Part shown: one piece after another, positions 38,584 to 51,030 of the stretch
Numbering within the stretch: the first letter of the stretch is position 1
Layout of the letters: every line of letters begins with the position of its first letter
Assembly: GCA_964016885.1 (NCBI GenBank)
Contig: OZ024740.1
Location: 391,034,001-391,098,000, forward strand
Origin: Eledone cirrhosa
Taxonomy: Eukaryota
Length of the DNA: 64,000 nt
Direction: 5' to 3'
The notes under the pieces: model-generated
Seen by the model: the letters and a program-made list of their open reading frames with translations, nothing else
Databases searched by the model: none
Told to the model about the DNA's origin: nothing
Made by a program: the position numbers and the translations under genes

Positions 38584-39087
38584 ATACACATACATACATA
38601 CATTATTAATACTGTAGAAACCAAGGCGAAAGTAGTAAGGCTTTTCCAACTCATCAAAAACATGACAACCTCCCTAGTGCTGATGCCATGATAAAATGGA
38701 CCTAGTTCACCCTGTCAAGTGGTTGTCGTTTGGAAGAGTATTCAGGTATAGAAACCATGGCAAAAAATGGAATGTATTAAGAAAAAACCCACCCTGTCTA
38801 CATAGAAAATGGTCGTAAAAGAATGATGATAAATATGTTTATATGATACCTATGACTTTCAAATAAATTTGAAAAGAATTTTAAGGGATTTAATAATATA
38901 ATTTTCTCATTAAGTTGGTATTTTTTAAGAACCTTCTTTAAGCTATGTTCCAAACACCAGCTAAATAATGTGAAAGGCAGTTATATTACTAAACCCGTCT
39001 AAATTCTTGATTCTTTTTTAAAATGATTTGAAAATTATGAAGTGTCTTTTTATTAGGAATGGTGTAAGGATTAAAGTGATAATTATC

Positions 39088-39274
39088 TAATAATTGTTTC
39101 TACTTTAGGCACAAGGCCAGCAATTACCCAGTGCATTACTGGTACTTTATTTTATCGATCCCGTAAGGATGAAAGGCAAAGTCAACCTCGGCGGGATTTG
39201 AACTCAGATCGTCAAGGGACGTAACTATGCTGGAAAGCATGGCGTCCGACCCTCTACCGATACTGCCAATCCAC
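39088..39274 (-). mobile_element. SINE family A copy (young)
   Basis: Intact A and B boxes and central domain. Confidence 0.88.
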
Positions 39275-40869
39275 AATGATAATGAAAGTAACAATTATCT
39301 ATAATAAAAACGTTTTATGATGTCATTCCTATAAGAAACTTTGGCTCCAAACACCAGATATATAAGGAAGTTAGTTATACAAGTAAATCCACCACACCCC
39401 ATTTTTTTTTGGGGGGGGGGGGGGGGGGGGGGCAATAATGAAAGCATCGATATTAGGATATTGGGTGACATTACTTCATATAATTCTAGCCATCCAATCA
39501 AATAATGTAGAATAGTAAACATTATTGCAATATTTTATCAGTTTGCAGAATAACAAAAACGAGAAAGAAAAAAAAAAAAAAAAACAGCTATAAAATCTTT
39601 ATAATGTTAATAAAAATAAAAAAAATTCTGCAAGTCAATATCAAAAATAAACAGCTTTGTTTCTTTGAAACATGACTACACAGCTTTTACCTGTTTATTG
39701 GGAGAGGGGGGAGGGGGGGTAATACAAGTTCTAAATGCATCTTGGTGCAGTTTTGTCAATGTTTTTCTTCTACCAATATCAGGTGGGGGGGGGGGGACAA
39801 CCAGCAATGGAAAAGTTCCAGCTAGTTTTTATTTACATTTATATCTCCATGTTTTTTTTCTGGAATGTCTTATTACAAAAACATATCCATAATGGTGGTG
39901 GGTGGAGGAGCCCACATCAATCAGAGAATTAAAAATAATTGAGAAGATCAATAAAAGGAGTAACAGAATCTAACAGTGAAATCATTAGTTTCTCACTCAC
40001 AGTAACTTAGCTATTCAATTACCATATTGGTAAATAGAACCAGAAATTACAGCTCAAGATGCAGAGATTCCTAATAAGATTATATAAAAAAAACAACTCA
40101 AGACAAATGACTAACTCATCTAATGACAACTTCCTCCCAATCACAAATGCTACATATTTTCTTTGTGTTAGCTCTTAACATCCTGTACCACATGAAACCA
40201 TACTAGCGAGACATTCTTGCACAATATAAAACAGCATTATGACTGCATCACATTAACTTTTAATGTCCTGCACCACATGGAACACATTAGCAAGACATTC
40301 TTGCAAAGTATAAAACAGCACTATGATTGCATCACATTAAAAATTGAAATCATTAGCTGAAAATTTGATAACGAGAAATTAAGAGCTAAAGCTCACACCT
40401 ATGCAGGTTTAGCTGGCCTCCTACAAGGTTGCATCTCATAGGAGGTCTCTTGTATGTTTTTTAATAATATAGGTCCCAGCCTTATCATGAAAAGATTCTT
40501 ACCTGAATTGGATGCTGTTGGTTGCAAGGGTTAAACACCCAGCTACTGCTGGGTTTTCTAGCTGAATGGACTGGAGCGACACAAAATGAAGCGTCTTGTT
40601 CAAGGACACAGTGCACTACTAGGTCCAGGAATTAAACTCATGATCTTATGATCCAGAGTCCATACCTTAACCACTAAGCCACATCATCATTTTACGTCGG
40701 CTTTTCTCTGCTTGCAAGGGTGGGACAGGAACTGATTCTGGCTTAATTTCTACAGCTGGATGCCCTTCCTAACACCAACCTGATTTACAGTGAGTGCTGG
40801 GTGCTTTTTTGTCGCGGCCCCTCCACGACCACTTTGCAGTGGAATGATAGGGACCCCAGTCCCTATCAT

Positions 40870-41010
40870 CTCATTTCTACAGCTGAGTAAACTGGAGCAA
40901 TGTGAAATAAAGTGTCTTACTCAAGGAAACAACATCACCCGGTCTGAGAATTGAACTCGCAACCTTTCGATTGCAAGGCCAATGCTCTAACCACTAAGCC
41001 ATGTGCCTCC
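40870..41010 (-). mobile_element. SINE family B copy
   Basis: Minus strand GGAGGCACATGGCTTAGTGGTTAGAGCATTGG...GAGTTCAATTC...CCTTGAGTAAGACACTT. Confidence 0.8.
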
Positions 41011-43026
41011 ACAGACTACATAATACATTATATAAGGCAAATTACATATGGTAGAGATGACTCCCTAGTCCCATTGAGGACATGATAATCTCAATATTGT
41101 TGGTGTCACGATAAAATGCACCCAGTACATTCTGTAAAGAGGTTGGCATTAGGAAGAGCTTTTAGCCATAGAAACTGTGCCTAAAATGAAATATATTGAA
41201 CCATATTTTGACTGACCTATTGCAGGGGACAGTAACTACAATTAAGTACTGACTTGGTCTTTAACGACCCATCCAACCGATGCCAACAAAGAGTAAGCAT
41301 CAAAGCTGATCCTGTAAAATCCACAGTATAGAGTTGACAATTTGAAGTAGGATACTGGCCTGGAATCAATTCAGGAACTGAAGATGGCAATGATGGATAG
41401 AAAAGTGATGTTCAGTTACAAGTACGTGACTGTAGGGAAAAAGTGACCAAAAATGAAATTACAGAGGGTTGATATTGTAAGAGTGGAGGGAACTCAACAT
41501 AAAGGTTGTGGAAGACTGCTCCCTTGATATGTACTGTGTCTTGACACTGTTGAGGGAGACATTATAATGTCCTCTTCATCTATGTTGTAGTGAGTACTGC
41601 TTACCGTGAGAAAAAAGTAAATGAAATTTACAGTTTACACTCTGTAAAGTAACTGGCATTAAAAAGGGTATCCAACTGTAGAAACTATGCCAAAAAAATG
41701 GAACATATAGAGTTAGACAGTAGAACAGTAACTCCAAATTAAATACTGCCCTGGTCCATAGCGACTTGTCCAATCCATATGCCAGCATGGAAAACCACAA
41801 ATGTGTGATGATGATAATGATTGGTATTGGTTTGTTACTTTCATGAGTAATTGAGTGTTTCAGGTATTTTGACATCGTACACCCTTACCCAAGGAGAGGA
41901 CATCTTGAAACTTATTAAAAAAATATCAAGATTGGGGATATAATATATTGTCAAAAATCTACCATCTATAAACAAGATCTTTCAGTACATGGAGGCTACA
42001 AAAAGATTCAACAGAAACTTTTAACTGCCATGGTTTCCACATTTCAAAAATCTTATTTTATGCATCTTTTGCCTTCCATTGGTCTTTTTTTATCTATTCT
42101 GTTTTTTGTTTCTTAAATGCAAGTGTACACACCTCCCCTAGTCTGTCATGCCATACTAGCTATATATACAGATAAGATTGATTAAATAAATAAATAATAC
42201 CCTCTTACCCAGGCCATCTAACCTGGATTAATCAAGCCCTAACATGTGCACAGACACACCCAGACAGCAACCATTTACAAATTAGTTCTCTTAATCAAAA
42301 GCCATCTGGTTACTTTCTGTGGATTGAATAGTTCTCATTGATACTCCTGTAAAACTCAATCAGCTGAAGACCTTGCTGTGTAAGCAGCTTGCAAAGTCTC
42401 TATATGTCCCCTCAAAAGGTTCATAATGCATCTTCCAACACATGCATTGAAGACTTTTATATTCATATTTCTATGATAATATGGACTGATATGTGTGTCT
42501 GGAATTATCGTTAGAAGCCTTACCAACAGCTGGCCACCCAACCATGAAGTAGCAACAATGAGGTCAACAATTATATACCTTGCCAACAGACAACATATGC
42601 TTGTAGATGTGGTTTCAATTTATGTGTGGTCATCCAGTATCTTAATCTCAGTCATTGCATTCTCTCCTATAATGTACATATACACTAGAAGCCTTTCAAA
42701 ACAAACTTTAAAACGTTAGATATATATTTTATGTACAAAACATACACATTATAAATACATAACCTCATCATCATCATTCACTATATATATATATATATAT
42801 ATATACATTTTTATAGTTGTGAAGCTATACCAGTGACTTGAGGGTTAGGAATTTCGTGTCTACAGGCACTTCTTCAAACAGTTTGAAGTAGTGTTTTGAG
42901 TACGAAGTTACAGGCTCTTGAGTCACTGGTATAGCTTCACAGTTTACAATAAAACATACATCACTCTACCCATGTACTGAGTTCTGTATCTCCCGTTTGT
43001 ATAGTCAAACATATACATACACACGC

Positions 43027-43058
<32 letters not shown>

Positions 43059-44157
43059 CATACACACACATACACAAACACAGGGATGTATATTTGTATT
43101 CAATTATATGTCCATACATAGTATGGTAATATTTACTCTCCCAAACCCAGGCCTGCTATCGGTTGAAAGCTACCTATGCATTATTTAAACATACGCACAA
43201 GTCAACAAGGTAGATGACATGGTTGTTTAACCTGCTAGAAATAACAGCCAAATCTACTTCAGATTACATACCACTGCCTTTCAAAAGGGCTTATTATATA
43301 ATGCAGTCCTAGATATATACTGTCTAACAAAAAAGATGAGATAGTATGCTTTTGGTAATTGGTGTGGTCAGCCAGGCCTGACCAGCCGCTAAACAATATA
43401 TATAGATATATAGCTGCCGTATTGATTCATATCCGGACTCCCAGGCTTTTGGGTATTTTGGGACCCCTCTGGCACTTCAATCTTTCACCCTACTAAAATA
43501 AAATATTGATGGGCTCCTAAGCTTCAGCTTAGTAAACTTTATGAATAAGCTGTTTGTGTGTGTGTGGGGGGGGGGGGGGGGGCATATATATCTATATCGA
43601 TATATATATATGCATACACACACGTACATTTACACGTAGAGCAGAAATTTCCCCCCACCCTATTAGAAATCCAATCCAAAAGATAGTAATGTGCACGTGT
43701 ATAATTTCTTCAGCTACAAATCACCAAATCATATTGATTGGATATTGAGGAAGGATGGATCACACACACATGTATGTGTATGTATATGTGTGTCTGTATG
43801 TATATATATATATATATATATATACCCGCCAGACAGCTCTTGTTTTCTCTAAAGCACTCTATACAAATATATATAATAAATAACACAGGAGGAATTCAAG
43901 TCAAGAGGTGTGGATGAGGGGTTGTAAATTTCATAAAGACACGACAGACATCTGTTTTCTACAGAAAAACAAAAAATTTAATTTGGTCAAATAAAATATA
44001 CAAATATTAAAGACGTAATGTTTTTTTGTTTTACTATATAACAATTATTTAATGTTTAAACTGTTCTCGGTCATATATATATCTATTTCATTGGGTAGTA
44101 TGTATATGTGAAATGTACAGCATGGCTATATGTTGTGCGCGCATGTATGTATGTATT

Positions 44158-44207
<50 letters not shown>

Positions 44208-44376
44208 GAAAAGTATAGAAATTGTTGTAGCGAGAAATGTATATATATATAAACAAACATTACCACATGCCTTGTTTAACGACGGCATGTTCAGCTAAAA
44301 TTCCACAGGATATAACATACCCACTCTTCATCAATGCAAATTACCATATACACACATATGAATACATTCTTTCTCC

Positions 44377-44407
<31 letters not shown>

Positions 44408-44479
44408 GAAAGGTATAGAAAACACTGCAGCGAAAAGCCAACAGCACTCCATAATATATATATATATATATACGATATT

Positions 44480-45289
44480 AAAAGCGTAAAATTTTACATG
44501 TAGAATTTGTTTCCATGATTATCTTGTGATATATATATATATATATATATAACTATATATATATATATAACTATATATATATCTATATATATATCTATAA
44601 CTATATATATATCTATAACTATATATATATATATAACTATATATATATATATAACTATATATATATATATAACTATATATATATATATAACTATATATAT
44701 ATATATAACTATATATATATATATAACTATATATATATATATATCTATATCTATAACTATATCTATATCTATAACTATATATATATCTATAACTATATAT
44801 ATATCTATAACTATATATATATCTATAACTATATATATATATATAACTATATATATATATATAACTATATATATAACCTATATATATATATATAACTATA
44901 TATATATATATAACTATATATATATATATAACTATATATATATATATAACTATATATATATATATAACTATATATATATATATAACTATATATATATATA
45001 TAACTATATATATATATATAACTATATATATATATATAACTATATATATATATATATATATATAACTATATATATATATATCTATATATATATATATATA
45101 TATATAACTATATATATATCTATATATATATATATCTATATATATAATCTATATATATATATATATATCTATATATATAATCTATATATATATATATATA
45201 TATATAACTATATATATATATATCTATATATATAATCTATATATATATATATCTATATATATAACTATATATATATATATCTATATATA

Positions 45290-45336
<47 letters not shown>

Positions 45337-45584
45337 ATATATATATATATCTATATATATATATATCTATATATATATATATCTATATATATATATATCT
45401 ATATATATAATCTATATATATATATATCTATATATATAATCTATATATATATATATCTATATATATAATCTATATATATATATATCTATATATATAATCT
45501 ATATATATATATATATATATATATAATCTATATATATATATATATATATATATAATCTATATATATATATATATATATATATAA

Positions 45585-45632
<48 letters not shown>

Positions 45633-45678
45633 AAGATAATCATGGAAACAAATTCTACATGTAAAATTTTACGCTTTT
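44480..45678. repeat. AT-rich palindrome: 1.1-kb (TA)n/TAAC/TATC array between perfect ~50-bp inverted arms
   Basis: AAAAGCGTAAAATTTTACATGTAGAATTTGTTTCCATGATTATCTTGTGAT (44480-44530) and its exact reverse complement (45628-45678). Confidence 0.92.
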
Positions 45679-45719
45679 GTTTTCTAACGATTGTATATCG
45701 AAAAGCATGCATATATATG

Positions 45720-45754
<35 letters not shown>

Positions 45755-47095
45755 CGTCGTTACTATGAAACATGGCCAGCTGCCATTCAGAAACCAAAAC
45801 AAATTGTTTGAGTGTCGTCACCATTGTTTCAGGATGATTTATCTTCAACATATCCAACATCTACGGGGGAAAGAACACACACACGTGTGTATATATACAT
45901 ATATATGTGTGTGTGTACATGCATCCAGATGGATTCGAACGAAGAACATAAAACAAGACGAGATGTGTTAGATGGGGGAGACACTTTCCTTGTATCCACT
46001 GATGTTTGCTCAGAGAAATATATAAATATCTATCTATATATAAATATATAAATAAATACACCAACTGTTAACAATCATCTTACAGATATATAGATCTTTT
46101 ATTATTTGCTCTGTCTTTAAGACAAGTCTATTTTGGCAGATCAATCTCATGTGACCCAAAACAAAAGAAGTAGAGAGAGAGATATTAAAATAAATGTGGC
46201 GGTGGTCATGGTTGGTACGACGGTAGAGAAAGCGTCTCGTTTGATGTGGAGTTATGGCATGGTAACTAACCCATTATAGACAGACACACTTCTTTCTCCC
46301 TCCCTGACTGGGAAAGGTTAACATAAGTGGCGCAAACATTGAATATCAATGGCAGAAAATAAATTCGTAAATGTATTTAAAACATTGCATTTTTTTTCAT
46401 TTATTTTCTATTTTTTTTTTTTTTTTTTTCGTTTATCTCCAATATATTTATCTTTCTAAACCAAATGAACCGCCAATCTTAAATAGATAAAAATTGAAAT
46501 GGCAGACATTCCTTAACGAATGAAGTAATGAAAATATATATTTTAAAAATAATAATAATAATAATAAATGGCTAAAGAGTATAGAGAAAGTTGGGCATTA
46601 GTTTCTGAATTAAACAGATTTGCTGTCCCCGTTAGCTGGGCGATATGGCCAGATGGTCAGAGAGCATGCACAGGTTTGCAGTAATACCTGCAGTTTCATT
46701 GGTACTTCATAATAATAACTGTTTCTACTTTTGGCCCAAGCACATCAATTACCCAGTATATTACTGGTACTTTATTTTATCGACCCCGTAGGATGAAAGG
46801 CAATAATAATAATAACAACAATAATAATTATGGTAATGATAATGCTAGAGGAAAGGAAACGGATGGAAGCTAACAGTTGGCGGAAAACAGACTATATAAA
46901 TAGAAGCACAAAACCGAAACCAAAACATGTTGGAACCTATTTTTAAATTTAGGAAAAAAATTGTTTCTTCTTTTATATGTAAATATACTAGAAGTTACGG
47001 TGGGAAAATACTTGGCTGAAACTGAAATAGAACATGCTAGAACTAAGAACTGTAAAGCCGATGAAAGAAAGGAGAGAAAAAAAAACAATACTTAC

Positions 47096-47335
47096 TATGC
47101 TCACGCTGGCTTTTCTTAATTCACGATTTTCCTCTTGTAAAGTCTTACATTTAAGTTTATAAGTGTCCAGTTCAACTTTGAGCACTTTATTTTCCTGTTG
47201 CAATGAATCAATCCGTTTGGAGAGAATCTGTTCCACCTGTGCAGGTGATGGAGGTTGCATAGTTGGTCCACTGCAGCCTCCAACACCGTCCAAAGAGCTG
47301 GTGTCACTCTCTAATTCACTCGCGCTGTCCGCCAT
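47096..47335 (-). CDS. CCDC6: Coiled-coil domain-containing protein 6, first coding exon (80 codons; a second in-frame ATG lies one codon upstream, 47338)
   Basis: [11 protein letters not shown]...[40 protein letters not shown] closely matches the human CCDC6 N-terminus as I recall it (MADSASESD...[36 protein letters not shown]); followed by a phase-0 GTAAGT donor at 47095. Confidence 0.93.
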
Positions 47336-47338
47336 CAT

Positions 47339-47800
47339 GACTACTACACACTCACAAACTAATACACACACTAGTAGAAACACATACAATACTTTACAAC
47401 AGCAGCAGCAGCACTACCAATGTCATCTCCACTACTTTACAAACACCATACACTCACTATTATTACACCAATAACAACAGCAATACTACAAATACCATGC
47501 ACATACCAACGCTGACTGTTTCTTATAAAAGCGCCGTTTACTCGCTCTCACTCTTGTTGATAATAATACTAATTAGTAGGCTATAATATCCAAGTTGCCG
47601 GCTCTGCACTCCCGTAGTTTCGTATCTTGTTATGAAACAGAGCTAGACACGCAATCTTTATTCTTACCTACCCCCACAACAGAAGAATTACTAATTTCGT
47701 CCAGTTGTTAATATTTTTTCTTTTTATTGTCTTTCTTTTTAACCCTCAAATCTAATGGCGTCTGCAATGAACTATGTGGCACTTTTCGTATTTTTAATGT
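47339..47800. promoter_or_regulatory. CCDC6 5' UTR and core promoter region, possibly bidirectional
   Basis: Transposon-free and locally richer in CpG; minus-strand CAGTC (Inr-like) at about 47518; plus-strand TATAAAAG at 47524 and TCACTC at 47548; AATGGCG (YY1-like) at 47754. The positions are seen, the function is inferred. Confidence 0.5.
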
Positions 47801-48829
47801 TAAGTATTTAATTTGAAAGAAGACAAATATACATTGTTATATTTACTTTAAAATAACTTTATAAATTATAAGCCCATATAGAAACAGATGTAGATATATA
47901 TTGTTTTTTTCTTTTAATCATACCTTAAACGGTTAACTTTAGAATATACGAAAACAATAAATCAGAATGCAGGGCTAAATACAAAGTCTACGGCTGTTTG
48001 ATGGCCCATTGAGTGGTGGTGTTAATTTTTGGCAGAATCAATTTGGCGGACCTTTTTCTATTTTTTATCTTAGTTGATTCATGTTATTAATGCCTGTAGG
48101 AAGACAATGAACGCCACAATTGCCTTCCTTTAAAATTAATATCTTTAGTGCTTTTGTGTGAAGAAGTCCAGTTCTGTAACTGTCTTTGTAAAGTTTGTTT
48201 CCCCATGTCTAATCTCTCTTTGTTATGTGTTTGTAGGTGGGAGTGGGGGAGATTATATCGACCTCAGTATTTAATTGTCTGGTACTTTGTACTTTTATCG
48301 ACCCACAGAAAGATGAAAGGCAAGGTTTTGAAATTAAAATGTAAAGAACCAGCAGTGTTGCACCAATTCTGCTAATCTACCACCTTAAGGTGGTTAAATC
48401 TCTTTGAAGCGAAGTGGCCTCAGTTCCTTCTTATCTAATGTTTCCTCTCGACCTAGTAAATTCCGTTGGAAACCTTTGAAAACATGTCACTGGATCTAGG
48501 TTGGGGAGGGGGGTTACTGATCCAGCATTTTTCTACTCTCTAAACTTTTTGTATTCATTTTACTTAAGTATCAGGTGATGCTCATGAGGGTGCTAGGCTA
48601 TTCCAGCACCTTAGCGTCATTATCGCCTATGGTTATGCCTCAAAAATGTTTGAAGGGCTGCACCAGCATCCCCTGTTCTAATCTGCAATTGACTGTATCA
48701 TCATATAATATCTGCAATTGACTGTATCATAACCATTTCCCATGGTTGCATGGGTTAGGCAGGTTGTCATGTTTTGAGGCTAGACTAATCAGGTGACCAT
48801 GCCTTGCTCGTGTGTTCTATTTTTTGTTT

Positions 48830-49312
48830 GGTTTCTATGGCTGGATGCCCTTCCAAATGCCAACGAATTTACAGTGTGTACTAGGATCATGGGTTCTATA
48901 GCTGGATGCACTTACTAATGCCAACCACTTTACAGCATGTATTGGGAGCATGGTTTCTATGGCTGGATGCTATTCCAAATGCCAACGAATTTACAGTGTG
49001 TACTAGGAACATAGGTTCTATAGCTGGATGCACTTACTAATGCCAACCACTTTACAGCATGGATTGGGAGCATGGTTTCTATGGCTGGATGCTCTTCCAA
49101 ATGCCAACGAATTTACAGTGTGTACTAGGAAATAGGTTCTATAGCTGGATGCACTTCCTAATGCCAACCACTTTACACCATGTATTGGGAGCTTAGTTTC
49201 TATAGCCGGATGCCTTTTATAACACCAACCACTTTACAGTATGTACTGGGAGCATGGTTTCTTTGTCTGGATGCCCTTCCTATTGCCAAACACTTTACAG
49301 CATGTGTTGGGA
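48830..49312. repeat. 61-bp tandem repeat organised as a 122-bp dimeric higher-order repeat, derived from an RTE 3' UTR motif
   Basis: A-type monomers start at 48830, 48952 and 49074, alternating with B-type; the core GGCTGGATGCCCTTCCTAATGCCAACC also occurs in the RTE UTRs at about 15770 and 35140. Confidence 0.9.
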
Positions 49313-49759
49313 GCATATTATCATGACTCCAGCTCTAAACCTTACTGGGTGCTTTTGTTGTAACACCAACACTACAACCTTACTGGGTGGATTGAATGCT
49401 TTTGCTGGCACCAACACTGCAGTTTTATTATGCAGACTACTTTTCTTCATGGCATCAGCATTAACACTTTACAAAGTGGGCTGGGTGGATGTATTTTTAT
49501 TGTGGCACCATCACTGAGGAAACATTGACGGGATTGCTGGGTGGGGTGGGAACATTAAGTCATGGGGGGTGGCCTTAGAGAGAATTGCATCAAGTAGTAT
49601 ATTGAGAGGCATGCCTGGATTGCCATACTGGCATGAGGGGAATCAGATATATGGGTAGGGGTGGGAGGAACACATCTCCATGCTGGCATGGGTTCTGCAT
49701 GTTTTCTTTGTTTCTTTCTAACTCTTTTTTTATTGATTTGTTCCTTTAGTAAACGATAA

Positions 49760-50165
49760 ATCATCATCATCATCAGCATCGGTTGAATGGGTCTTTTCCA
49801 GCACAGCCTCCCTCCACTCATAGCATTCCTTTGCCATCTCTGTGAGGTTCAGTGTTTTCAGATCAGCTCTCACAACCTCTGCCCACATTTTCTTTGTTCT
49901 CTTCTTCGGCAGCTGCTTTCCACTGGCATCACCAGACATTTCTTCACCCAACAATCATCATCCATTTGCATCACATATCCATACCAGAGCAGTCTTCTCT
50001 CTTGGTCACTATAACTGATTCCTCTTACACCCAGCTTTTCTTTCAGTTCATCCATGCTCCGGTCTTGCACATTGACATTACACAGCCAATAGAGCATACT
50101 TGCTTCATTCTTCTCCAGCCTTTCTATATCCTCTACATTTACCACCCATGTCTCACTGCTATAAG
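49760..50165 (-). mobile_element. 5'-truncated RTE with (GAT)n tail
   Basis: SETWVVNVEDIERLEKNEASML...RLLWYGYVMQM; CATCATCAT at 49762. Confidence 0.85.
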
Positions 50166-50459
50166 GATTGGTCCCCAAATTATTTAACCTGAAATTTGTT
50201 TCTGTTGATGATAGCCTGCTCCAACTATCACTAATTCAATAACACCACCAATATGTTGACTTTTACTCAGGAGTTTCATTGTACTTTACCAGAATTATCT
50301 GATATACTCCAGCCGTCTCTCATTTAGAACTTCATATAAAATGAGGTCTCAAACATGTTTATTTATTTGAGTGCTTCTGAATTCAAATGAAACTTTTTGT
50401 AGCCTTTTTGAGTGATGAACGATACTGTGATTTCTGAATAAATTGAGATGAGGCAGATC

Positions 50460-50760
50460 TGTGAAGATTTGGTTGAGGACTGTGGAGGAGGACCTTGCAG
50501 ACATTGGTCTGACCTGGGAGAATGCTTGTGATAAGGCTTATCCCCATGCTGGATGGAGGTATTCATCACCCAATACTCCTTGTGACAGAGCATGTGACCT
50601 AGTTGGGGGAGATCTCTCACCCAATACCCCATGTGACAGAGCTTATGACTATGTTGGATGGAGATCTCTCATCATCCAGTACTGTTTGTGACTGTTGGGT
50701 GGAGATCTCTCATCACCCAATGCTCCATGTGACTGTGCTGGGTGGAGAGCTGTCATTACT
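50460..50760 (+). repeat. RTE C-terminal remnant running into a ~50-bp tandem repeat
   Basis: KIWLRTVEEDLADIGLTWENACDKA, then 4-5 copies of GGAGATCTCTCATCACCCAATACTCCATGTGAC-like units. Confidence 0.65.
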
Positions 50761-50860
50761 TGATCCATCATGATCCATCACGACCAGGGAGAAACTAACT
50801 CTCTATGATTAGATATGTTAACCACACCAATCAAAGAATTTGTTCATTTTTTAATTATAC

Positions 50861-51030
50861 AGAAATTATTGATTACAGATGATATCACATGTCAAATAGA
50901 CATCATATATGTACAACATTACTATACTGATGATACCACATGCCAAGAAATTATTGATTACAGATGATATCACATGTCAAATAGACATCATATATGTACA
51001 ACATTACTATACTGATGATACCACATGCCA
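50861..51030. repeat. Perfect 85-bp tandem duplication
   Basis: 50861-50945 is repeated at 50946-51030. Confidence 0.92.

Noticed and set aside
46988-47095. Hydrophobic C-terminal extension of the 133-aa CCDC6 ORF ([14 protein letters not shown]...)
   Set aside because: Read-through into the intron past the GTAAGT donor; the N-terminal extension from 47389 likewise lies upstream of the conserved MADS start.
48830-49312. CRISPR-like regular repeats (also 56820-57115)
   Set aside because: The intervening sequences are homologous rather than unique spacers; eukaryotic context and no cas genes.
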